A stretch of DNA of 63,271 bases, filler included, from Octopus bimaculoides (Eukaryota): the NCBI RefSeq assembly GCF_001194135.2. It is 5 parts of 4 records of this genome, joined end to end, with 100 filler letters (N's around TTAATTAATTAA, not from the genome) between each part and the next. Parts side by side here need not be neighbours in the genome. Positions count along the whole stretch, not along the records: positions 35,688 to 59,848 come from NC_068990.1; positions 59,949 to 63,271 come from NC_068989.1; 3 more parts are not named here. One strand, given 5' to 3'. Under the pieces are notes generated by a model, which saw nothing but the letters and a program-made list of their open reading frames with translations, did no database searches and was not told where the DNA came from. Shown piece after piece: positions 52,698-63,271 of this stretch; positions within the stretch are counted from its first letter, which is position 1, and each line of letters starts with the position of its first letter. A program made the position numbers and the translations under genes.

Positions 52698-53336
52698 AGG
52701 GAATGCAGGGAATGTAGTAGTGTTGTTTATGAATATCAATACTATGCCGCAGAGTAACGTCCTGAATAGTAAATACAAATGTGCTAGCGTAGTATAGTAA
52801 CCTGAAAAACACTTTGATGAACTGAGATTATAAACAAGGGAGTTTTTGTTGCTGATATGAGTTTTTCAAATCAATATATACATATAATAAACTGATAGGC
52901 TCTTAATGTTTGTTTACAGAACTGTCTCCTAACGAATTTTCAACTGAGTTGAATACGCATTGCCGTAGAGATCTAACAAGTCCGTAACATGTCCACTGCT
53001 TTCATCAGTTGATTTTAAAGATCATTTCCACTCACATCTTAGGGATGTATACTGCTCAAAGATTTTTAGCAATACTGTTGTTATTGAATCAAATCCCTTG
53101 TTTGCTGTATATAATTTTTTAAACTCACTTAGATAGAACTTTCGTCTACTTATTTTGATTGAATAAAATCAGTTGATCATAATGTTACACATCTAAGACC
53201 TTGATGTTTTATAATGGTCTTGGAATACACAGTACTTTTTCGATAGTAGAAAATAGCAAAAAGAATAGAAAAGAAAAAAATGATCAATTTCAAATATTTT
53301 ACAGACTACCATTACATATAATTTTGCAATTGAAAT

Positions 53337-53690
53337 TTGTGTAAGAAGTTTGCTTCCCTACCACATGGTTCAGTCCTACTAAGGCGTGGCGCCTTGAGCA
53401 TGTGTCTTCTACTATAGTCACGGGCCGACCAACGCCTTATGAGTGGATTTGGTACTCGGAAACTGAAAGAATGCCGTTGTATACATAGATCTATCTATCT
53501 ATCTATCTATAAGCTTAACAACCGGTGTTGGTTTGTTAACATCCCCGTAACTTAACGGTTCGGCAAAAAGGAGCGATAGAATAAGTACTAAGCTTTAAAA
53601 CAATGAGTACTGGATTCGATTTGTTCGACTAAAATTCTTCAAAGCGGTGCCCCAGCATGGCCGTTGAAACAAGTAAGAGATAAGAGATAA
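53337..53690 (+). mobile_element. SINE family A, diverged
   Basis: Same motif order with small deletions; (gataaga)n-like tail. Confidence 0.75.
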
Positions 53691-54594
53691 AGGATTTGTA
53701 AATACCAAGCACCGCCTCTAAGGAGCGTGAAGGAATGTGGGAGTAGCAACAGAGTGTCAATTATCAGCCTCAAACGAATAAATAAACTCTACTACATGTA
53801 TTGAGTACACCCAACTTATAAAAATATTTGTATCTATATTTCGACATACGTTTGTAAACAACAAGATTCGAAACGCCTTCGTATTTGGGGGCAAAGAAAG
53901 AATAGAATTTGATGTTTCATTTCGGGCTGAAATATATTTTGGCGAAATGTCAGCTTATTTATTTAATTAAGACGTAATATTTTGTTACGTATGCCATGTT
54001 GTAATATATTTACCATTCAAGTAAGTGGTTTGGTTTTACAATATTTTTGTTTCTTTTATGTATTGCTACAATTTCTCTTTTATTGAAGAATTTCTGCTTC
54101 TATTACAAAGCTCTCATTGTCATCAGACAAAGAGGATTCTTTCTAAATGTTGGGATAGTTGTTATTTGTTCGCTTTTTACTTTATTTACTGTGTATCTTT
54201 TTAGAGATTTGCGTAAATATTTGTATTTAGAAATATTTCAAGCTTATTTCGGAAATCATTCAATATCTGTTCAATCATTGTGATCTATCTACAGTCGTGA
54301 TAGTCAGCAATAAACGTTCTCGCCGCAACCCCTATCAGAAATATTCTTCGAATTTCGCTCACACTATTTTCAGGCATTTATAATGTTTTCTAGATTCGCG
54401 AACAAAAATCTCAGTTCCCAAACCTCTTGATATGAGAAATAATGGAAAATTCCATAGAGACACGAAATAATAATCTATTTTCGCAGATCAGAATATGTAT
54501 AACGGCAAATATAATGAACACGCGAGCGTACTCACTCACACAAACACTGATACACATGCGCATACACTCAGATGTATACATATCTTTCTTTATC

Positions 54595-54720
54595 GTTTAT
54601 CTTTCATATGTTTCAGTCATTGGACTGCGGTCATGCTGGGGCACTGCCTAGTAGGGTTTGGTGAAAAACTCGACCCCAATACCAGATTTCTTCAAACCCG
54701 GTTCTTATTCTATCGGCTTC
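54595..54720 (-). mobile_element. SINE family A, tail fragment
   Basis: tgtttcagtcattggactgcggtcatgctggggcactgcc...ttattctatcgg is the reverse-complement tail. Confidence 0.65.
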
Positions 54721-54755
54721 TCTACACACTCACGTACATATACACTATACATATT

Positions 54756-54798
<43 letters not shown>

Positions 54799-55138
54799 GT
54801 ATATAGGAGGCGGGTCAAGATGAGGTGTTTTTACTGCATTTTTGACTTTGAAACAAAATGTATATTATACAAATCTTCACTACCTTACAAAAACTATATC
54901 AGCTAAGCAAATGACCTTCCCTAATTGCATGAAAAGAATTATAACATAATAAGATCACTATTTCAGAAAATTAGCGCTGTTCTCTTTGAGCATATGAAAG
55001 ACAAATTTGGGTGAGACAAAATGAGTAAACCGAGATATGGTAAATTTGCCAATTCAATTCCCCAGAAAATAAACTCATACGCATCAATACCCATCCCTAG
55101 CCAGCAGAAAGGTCAGAAATGCAAAAAGAAATTAAATA

Positions 55139-55303
55139 GGCGTAGGAGTGGTAAGTAGCTTGCTTACCAACCACGTGGTTCCGAGTTCAGTCCCACTGCG
55201 TGGCACTTTGGGCAAGTGTCTTCTAATCTAGCCTCGGGCCGACCAAAGCCTTGTGAGTGAATTTGACACACGGGAACTGAAAGAAGCCCATCGTGTGTGT
55301 ATG

Positions 55304-55340
<37 letters not shown>

Positions 55341-55560
55341 GTGTATATGTTTGTGTGTTCGTGTTTGTCTCCCCACCATCGCTTGACAACCGATGTTGGT
55401 GTGTTTACGTCCCCGTAACTTAGCGGTTCAGCAAAAGAGAACAATAGAATAAGTACTAGGCTTACAAAGAATAAGTCCTGGGATCGATTTGTTTGACTAA
55501 AGGCGGTGCTCCAGCATGGCCGCAGTCAAATGACTGAAACAAATAAAAGAATAAAAGAAT
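55139..55560 (+). mobile_element. SINE family A (near full length)
   Basis: Head ggcgtaggagtgg, body and (aaagaata)n tail. Confidence 0.9.
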
Positions 55561-55799
55561 CCGAGTCAAATGGAAGAGAATCAAGGGAAAATGGCACGTG
55601 ATATGAAATTAATGAAACTCGACCAAATAAAACAAAAACAATCTCAGCATAAATTAGTTTCTATAGCTTTTTTGTGATACATTTACTTACCATGCAGTTA
55701 AAGAGAAGAAATTATTAAAATTAGTTATTACTAATTTTACCCCATTTTAGACTTTTTTTCTTTAAAACTTCAAAGGAAAAAATTGACTTGGAATCCAAC

Positions 55800-56050
55800 A
55801 GGGACAAGAATATTGAGTGTTAAACACCAAAAATTATCCAAATATTTTATTAGCAACCTCAATTACAATCGGGTCAAAATTGAGAGAAAATTTCAAGAAA
55901 AAAGAGGACCTGCCACTTGATTATGTTTCGGACTCCCTCAACTTCAACAACAACAACAACTATGCCGATCAATTTTTAGTCCTCAAGATGATGCAACAAT
56001 ACAAAATAATGATGCAATATTTGGTATCTCATGATTTCAAACAGATAGGG
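55800..56050 (+). mobile_element. Fragment homologous to 57830-58070
   Basis: Shared caccaaaaattatcca.atattttattagca...aatcgggtcaaa and actctcaacttcaacaac. Confidence 0.5.
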
Positions 56051-56109
56051 AGGAAATAACGAGAAATCATTTTGCCCTACCCCTATTTATCTATCTATCT
56101 ATCTATCTA

Positions 56110-56164
<55 letters not shown>

Positions 56165-56234
56165 GGAATACCAAAAATGGGACAAGAAAGGATGAAAGAC
56201 ACCCGAAAGGATAAAAGACAAAGTCGGCCTCGGC

Positions 56235-56320
56235 GGAATTTGAACTCAGAACGTAAAGACAGATGAAATACCGCTAAGCATTTCACACGGCGTGCTAACG
56301 TTTCAGCCAGCTCGCCGCCC
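56235..56320 (-). mobile_element. SINE family C, head
   Basis: cctcggcggaatttgaactcagaacg...gccagctcgccgcc. Confidence 0.75.
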
Positions 56321-56982
56321 TTAAAGGGGAATATAATGAAAAACCAAAAGAGATAAGCAATATAAACATTAGGGATGGAAATTAGAATTGTAGGATACGG
56401 GAGGTAGTAATCTATAACTTAGCAAATTTTTAATATTAAATTGAGAAAATTTAAATTAATATATAGAATAAGGACAGAAATTAAACTGAAAGCTTAATAA
56501 TGGAATACCTTAATATATAAGAAAAATTATTAAGAATTTTCTTAGCATATTGTTTAGAAGGTCATGATAAAGACATTCTAAACTGAATGAATAATGGAAT
56601 TAGATTATCATATGGGTAGAAGTACATGAGCAAAAACAACCTATTGTACCATTCTAGTATTTAGTGATCCTCAGCTGTTCGGCTACTTATCTATAGAAAT
56701 CTGAAATGAAAAAAGAATATCTACTGAAACAGTGATAAAAATAAAAGGACATTGGAAAAACTCCTAACGACGATACCAGACCACTCAACCATTCAAGGAC
56801 ACACTTAGGGAAGGTTGACTGTGACAAACTCTATCATAGACCAACTTCATAAAATGTCAACAAAACCGATAGGAAATAAGCTAAAGCAGTGCTCCAGCAT
56901 GGCCGTAGTTGTACGATTGAAACCATTAAAAGAAAAAAGTATATATATACGTATATAAATACAGCTACATACATACATATCC

Positions 56983-57014
<32 letters not shown>

Positions 57015-57024
<10 letters not shown>

Positions 57025-57266
57025 TAAAAGAGTTCCAACTCTGTCTTTTATGTTTTATTTATATTCTTATAAAATTAACGTGGGATATAGAATATGGAAT
57101 ATATAATATAAATAGTAAAATGAAATGAAGTATTGAATGTCTTATTGAATATATGAAATATTGAGTATTAAATATAGAGTATTAAATATATAAGGACTAG
57201 TATACTTTCCTGCCTCATGGCAGTCATCAAGGTCCCGTAGAGTTGGAACTCTTTTAAATAATATAT
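57015..57266. repeat. Perfect 28-bp inverted repeat, 196-bp spacer
   Basis: atatattatttaaaagagttccaactct (57015-57042) and agagttggaactcttttaaataatatat (57239-57266). Confidence 0.85.
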
Positions 57267-57513
57267 TCCTCTATACACGATCATACAAAACCCTTTTTTN
57301 NNNNNNNNNNNNNNNNNNNNNNNNNNNNNNNNNNNNNNNNNNNNNNNNNNNNNNNNNNNNNNNNNNNNNNNNNNNNNNNNNNNNNNNNNNNNNNNNNNNN
57401 NNNNNNNNNNNNNNNTATATATATAAGCAATGTTAATTCTCTAAATGAAGTATTAACAGTAACTGCACGATAAAGTGTAGTATATTGCCACTTAAGTGTG
57501 GCTGACCCCTAGG

Positions 57514-57586
57514 GGTGGATGTTACTGTTGCTTTTAGCCCCAGGAGGAGATGTCCTCCTGGGGCTAAAAGCAACAGTAACATCCAC

Positions 57587-57587
<1 letters not shown>
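57514..57587. repeat. Perfect 35-bp inverted repeat with 4-nt loop
   Basis: 57514-57548 is the exact reverse complement of 57553-57587; loop GATG. Confidence 0.95.
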
Positions 57588-57621
<34 letters not shown>

Positions 57622-57749
57622 AACACATACACATGTATACACATAAATATATATACATAGACACACACATTCACACACACACACACACATATATATATGT
57701 ATATGTATATATAGATATGTACATGCATACATGTATACGCATATATATA

Positions 57750-58080
57750 TTGGGTTGGCAACTAAGTTACCGCGGTTTTTTTAAATTTTGGAATTTATTG
57801 CGTCTTTAAATTTTAGAATCAATTTTTACGAGAATTCTAAGCACCAAAAATTATCCAGATATTTTATTAGCAGCTTCAATTATAATCGGGTCAAATTTGA
57901 AAAAAAATTTCTTGGAAAATAAAGAATGTGTCACCTATGTTTCAAACTCTCAACTTCAACAACTACATAAATTATACTGATCAATTTTTACTCCCAGAGA
58001 TGATACAATGGTACAAAATGGGTTGCGATAATTGCAACCTAATGGTGGGGAGAAAATAACAAAAAATTAGAAATTATTCA
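57750..58080 (+). mobile_element. Mariner-type terminal fragment
   Basis: TA followed by ttgggttggcaactaagt, a mariner-like TIR; internal part similar to 55800-56050. Confidence 0.55.
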
Positions 58081-58361
58081 TTTTGACTCAGTTACCAATT
58101 TTGCTCCACTTCCATATAGTAATTTCAAGTGTTTTACATAATGATGAAAAATATAGGAAAAAATAAGAAAGAAAAATGGTTTGATTTAATGAAAGCCATT
58201 ATGCAATGATTCTAAAACCGAAAAAGAATGCTTTTAGTTGTTAAGAGACGTAATTTTATAATCAAAACTAAATTCAAAATTTAAATTTTGGAACATTTCT
58301 TTACCTACTTGTTTCATAAAATAAGACCGGTTCTCAATGCTTCAAATAAGTTTAGAAGTAG

Positions 58362-58435
<74 letters not shown>

Positions 58436-58594
58436 GTGCGTATGTGTGTGTGTGTGTAAGCGTGCATATGTGTGTGCCTTTAACTGAGATCGGTCAAGCC
58501 AAGGTGATGCATTGAAAGAAGGAATCTGACCAGGAGACAATAACTTCTTTCTCTCAGTCTCTTAATCTTTATATGCATTCATACTTACACACAA

Positions 58595-58633
<39 letters not shown>

Positions 58634-58989
58634 TACATACATAACATACATGCATGCANNNNNNNNNNATGCATGCATACATACATACATACATACATAC
58701 ATACATACATACATACATACATACATACGTACGTACATACATACATTTTCAAGAGTTTCCCTTGAAGAGAGTGGGTAGTAAAGTGCTTTTTAATTGAATT
58801 AATTGATGTCTCTAAGGTGGCAAAGTCTATGGTTATTTATCATGAAAGAGAATCCATTACATTTTTTAAGAAATCAAGATATCTTTGTATATCTTCATGC
58901 CTGATTGCTGGGAAGTGGGGACACTCTTGTATTGAGTGTTAGCAGGGAGACCCCAGTATTACACCCCTATAAATCCGGCCCTGCTCGTG

Positions 58990-59620
58990 ACTGAGAAATG
59001 CCATCACTGGCCCTGGATGTTTAAAATGCCAGCAATGCCTGTGCGTGAGATAATTGCACTAACAGTCAGCTTCATGCGGAATTGCGTCCATGGCTTCCTT
59101 GCACGCCGCGGTTCTTTCCTACTCTACCAGGCATTGTATAGTCGCCTTGCCGGCGATTGCACAATCTAAAATTTTAGATCCAGTAAGGTTACACAGCACC
59201 TCACAGACCCTCTCCATCCTATTGACATGGTCTAGTTACAAGCCAAAGATATCCAGTGCCAATATGGGTTGCAGGCTCATAAATGTAAGAGCATCATGAT
59301 CTCAAATGCAAGCAGAAGACCCCCAAAATGTTCAATTCCATTCTCTGCAAACTTGCTTTTATATCAGTGAGGTTTGCTTTATCAAAAGCCTTGATATTCC
59401 TTACTCCCAGTAGTCTTCCAGCATGCTGGACACCAGCCTGGAGCTTCTGTCCTCGGCAAATCTTGTTTTTAGTCCTGCTGGGTTTCTAACAACCCTTCTC
59501 ACCAGCCAAGCCTAGTGGGGGTGTCAGTTTAGTTGCCGACGACCCGAGCATGCAACAGGTTGTACTGGATTCTATGTTGCCAGCAGCACTTATAAGAGAG
59601 CTCACAAGTTACCTGACATC
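58990..59620 (-). mobile_element. Highly decayed LINE, probably an RTE C-terminus
   Basis: Minus strand gives LQPIL...LDHVNRME, resembling RTE LGHVxRM; many stops. Confidence 0.35.
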
Positions 59621-59776
59621 CATATATTGTAATATACATACGTATATATGCAAATTTTGTAAGTATGTATATATGCATATATCCATGTCTATCTATCTAT
59701 CGATCTATCTATCTACCTATCTGTTTGCCTGTCTATCTATCTATTTATATCTCTATCTACATACATACCTACTTAA

Positions 59777-59848
<72 letters not shown>

Positions 59849-59948
59849 NNNNNNNNNNNNNNNNNNNNNNNNNNNNNNNNNNNNNNNNNNNNTTAATTAA
59901 TTAANNNNNNNNNNNNNNNNNNNNNNNNNNNNNNNNNNNNNNNNNNNN

Positions 59949-60106
59949 TGTGTGCAGTACCCAGTAGTGCAATTTTATGTATGTTATATATATTTGTAAG
60001 TCCTGGTGTTTTTGTTATGTATTTGTCTGAATATTTTTTTTTTATACCTAAGGCACCTACTATGATAGGAATTGTTTCTGTTTTTAGATTCCACATTCGA
60101 GTTATC

Positions 60107-60107
<1 letters not shown>
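59949..60107 (-). mobile_element. R4/Dong 3' fragment, 5' end abutting (TAA)n
   Basis: MWNLKTETIPIIVGALG...DKYITKTPGL...IALLGTAH; closely similar to 41088-41190. Confidence 0.85.
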
Positions 60108-60145
<38 letters not shown>

Positions 60146-60330
60146 GGGAATGTGGTGAGCTGGCAGAATTGTTAGCACGACGAAATGCTTAACGGTATTT
60201 TGCCCGTCGCTACGACCTGAGTTCAAATTCCGCCGAGGTCGACTTTACCTTTAATACTTTCGTTGTCGATAAATTAATCGACTGTACCCCTACTCCAAAT
60301 TTCAGACCTTGTGCCTATTATCGAAAGGAA
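60146..60330 (+). mobile_element. tRNA-derived SINE, family C
   Basis: gtggtgagctggcagaattgttagcac...gagttcaaattccgccgaggtcgacttt, shared with 60632-60765 and 60838-61036. Confidence 0.75.
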
Positions 60331-60555
60331 TATTATTATTGTTGTTGTTGTTGTTGTTGTTGTTGCACAACTTCTCTCGCTGGAGATGTACTACGGTGTC
60401 AGTTGTTCACTACCAGTGAACTAAGGTAACGTTCCTTATTTTTCGAGCACCATCTGGAGTATTCGAGAGGTTCCAAGCAATGCTGTTTTCTGCAAGTGCT
60501 CCACCCTTATTGCAGCCCCTCTTTGTTCCACGTACTTCTCAATATTATTATTATT

Positions 60556-60619
60556 ATTTTATGTTTGACTTTTGTTTTGCATTTGTACAAGTTGGATCCA
60601 AGTCTCACCCAGAGACCTC
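60556..60619 (-). mobile_element. R4/Dong 3' UTR ending in (TAA)n
   Basis: Reverse complement of about 13485-13545. Confidence 0.75.
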
Positions 60620-60631
60620 AANNNNNNNNNN

Positions 60632-60765
60632 CTGTCTTTACGTTTTGAGTTCAAATTCCGCCGAGGTCGACTTTACCTTTCATCCTTTCGAGGTCGATAA
60701 ACAAAGTACCAGTTGCGTACTGTGGTCGATCTAATCCCCAAAAATTTCGGGCTTTATGCCTAGTG
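60632..60765 (+). mobile_element. SINE family C, partial
   Basis: gagttcaaattccgccgaggtcgactttacctttcatcctttcg. Confidence 0.7.
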
Positions 60766-60773
60766 TAGAAAAG

Positions 60774-60832
<59 letters not shown>

Positions 60833-60837
60833 TGGAA

Positions 60838-61036
60838 GGCGGGGAGCTGGCAGAATCGTTAGCACGCTGGGGGAAATGTTGAGCGGCACTTCGTCTTCCA
60901 TACGTTCTGAGTTCAAATTCCGCTGAGGTTGATTTTGTATTTCACCCTTTCGGGGTCGATAATATTGAGCGCTGGAGTCGATTTAATCAACTTAGCTCCC
61001 TCCCTCGAAACTGTTGACCCCGTGCCAAAATTCCAA
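60838..61036 (+). mobile_element. SINE family C
   Basis: ggcggggagctggcagaatcgttagcacg...gagttcaaattccgctgagg. Confidence 0.75.
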
Positions 61037-61045
61037 ACCATTTTT

Positions 61046-61085
<40 letters not shown>

Positions 61086-61102
61086 TAGTAGTAGTAGTAG
61101 TG

Positions 61103-61144
<42 letters not shown>

Positions 61145-61623
61145 ATAGTAGTAGAACAACGCCAGGATGTGAATAGGTAAAACAGTGTTTGTCAGCTGCA
61201 GCGGTACAACAACACAAACAAAACCAATGTAAATAGTATGAGAGCCAGGAGACAGCAGCAGCGGCAGCAGCAGTGGCGGAATTGCATAGAAAAGTAAGTA
61301 GCAGCCGGTTCTAGAACAGCAGCAGTAGCAGCAGTAGTAGTATTAGTAGCCATAGAGAAAAGCATTCAGAACGTTCTGATGACGTTGAACAGTGGAGGGG
61401 AGATTGACAAGAATTTCGCTTTTCCTAATCAATCAATTTCGCACAGTTTATATAGTGACATAGCTCTGAACGCGAGACTTGGAAATGTGTAACTCTTAAA
61501 TCAATCCAGCGTAAAGCGCTCAGATCGATAACGTGGTTTTCCAAGCGAGTCGTCTCGATGCTGACGCAAACTTCTATCTATAGTGATGTAATTCTTTGTT
61601 TCATTCAAAGCATGTGTACGTGT

Positions 61624-61656
<33 letters not shown>

Positions 61657-61714
61657 GGTGTGTGTGTGTGTGTATCTGTAGGTTTGCAATATAGACAAAT
61701 AGACCATCAGACAA

Positions 61715-61752
<38 letters not shown>

Positions 61753-62751
61753 AAGAAGGCAAGCAGTTAGGTAGGTACTATGTAGATAGGTAAGTCGGAA
61801 GATTTAAATTTGCATATCAGTGTGTGTTTAAGTACGCATTCATGCATGTATATGTACATATATGTGTATATATGGATGTGAGTATATATGTCTTTGTATA
61901 CGTATGTATGTGTATGTGTGTAATTATGTTTGTATGTATGTGTGCACATATGTAAATATATCTGTGTGTGTGTAAGTATGCATGTATGTATGCATTTATG
62001 TGCATATGTCCTTGTATACGTATCAAAGTCTATATGCGTGTGCTTCTCAGTGTCTACGTATGTATGCTAGTAAACATTGAAACCTGAAAACTTCCCTGAT
62101 AAATAGACAGATTACACACACAGACACACACACACACAGACACATATATATGTATGTGTGTGTGTGCGTATATATAAATACACACACGCATACACACACA
62201 TACTCACACTCATATATATATACACACACTTACATACACATGCACACACACACACATACAGGCACATACACTCAGACATGTTCACACACGCACACGCATT
62301 AATTAGGAAGAGGAAGAATGATCATTCGACACCGAGAAGTTGGATAAATTATTTTGAAAAGATTAACTCTTAAAAGATTAACTTTTTCTGAAGCCCAATA
62401 TTTCCCGCAGACGGAAACTAACATTTCTTCATAGAAATTTCAAATCAAAAATGACACTCTGCCGTTATAGTCGACTTCTTTAAAAAATGTAGATGTGGAT
62501 GTATGTTTAGTTCACAGATGTCGCCTCTGCCAGTCACGCCTAAAGTGACATCTCTACATCTTCACCATTCATGCTTACCGTGACCATTGAATTCACGTGC
62601 GTTTTTATTTCCCCATTTTTCCTCTCCGTTCTTTTCTCTCCTTGCTTGTCCTATCCTTCAGAAGAAGAGTGGATACACGAAATGTTAAAGACATTTCTTT
62701 CGGTTCTTATTTCCTGTGCATCGACCTAATGCATACTATGTACGTTTCAAT

Positions 62752-63189
62752 GCAATTTTAAAGATATTTATTCACTTGACCGGTTTCATTTTTTTAGAAA
62801 AAGATTGTCAAAATGTAAAGCTTTGAATAAGTTTTGCTGTGTTAAGTACTGGTTGTCATAAAAGTATTAAAATAGATGTATACAAAAGAGTATTCAACAA
62901 AAAGTATTAGGAGTTCAATAAAAATCATGTTTGTTTGGTAGTATATATATACACAGAAGATATATTTAAGAATTTACAGAAAATTGGAGAGGAACCGACC
63001 TGTCTTTTTAACATGTTTCCTCTCTTGTGCGTAGCTAGAGAATGTTTGCTATTTTAAGGGACAGTGTGGGAGGCCGGTTGGGGTGGGGGAAGGAAGAGCA
63101 ATGTAGAATTAAAACTTCACATTTTACGTTTGATAATTTTTTTCTAAAAACGTGAAACCGGTCAAGTGAATAAACATCTTTAAAATTGC
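62752..63189. mobile_element. MITE-like element with about 68-bp imperfect inverted repeats
   Basis: Perfect 22-bp core at 62767-62788 and 63153-63174. Confidence 0.6.
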
Positions 63190-63271
63190 GTTTTCAAACC
63201 TTCTTTCGTATATATTTCCACTCGTGCGGTATCTTACAACTTTACTCTGTTATATTTGTTTTATATACATA

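Noticed and set aside
54047-54283. Hydrophobic ORF considered as a downstream SLC35B3 exon
   Set aside because: Lacks the expected motifs (ELIF, GWYLTLVQF); hydrophobicity reflects T-rich DNA.

Overview
AT-rich, gap-ridden eukaryotic DNA dominated by repeats. The SINE families, abundant R4/Dong LINEs and microsatellite load suggest an octopus genome (inference from recalled repeat sequences, not a database search). The only well-supported host gene feature is one coding exon (25317-25763, +) of the PAPS transporter SLC35B3/PAPST2. It is spliced at both ends, with no further recognisable exons in the remaining ~37.5 kb. The rest comprises three tRNA-derived SINE families; decayed R4/Dong, RTE and Penelope-like retroelements; Tc1/mariner and Tigger-type DNA transposons; MITE-like inverted repeats; and satellites. 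Most interesting: (1) R4/Dong fragments that sort by flanking microsatellite, with (TAA)n for several fragments and (CATA)n for a stacked cluster, suggesting a second target specificity; (2) several minimal hammerhead-ribozyme-like motifs linked to Penelope-type sequence; (3) a 42-bp minisatellite apparently amplified from an internal SINE segment; (4) a perfect 35-bp foldback hairpin; (5) an antisense multi-C2H2 ORF that probably ends a LINE. All coordinates were read by eye and may be off by a few bases; element boundaries may be off by tens of bases.
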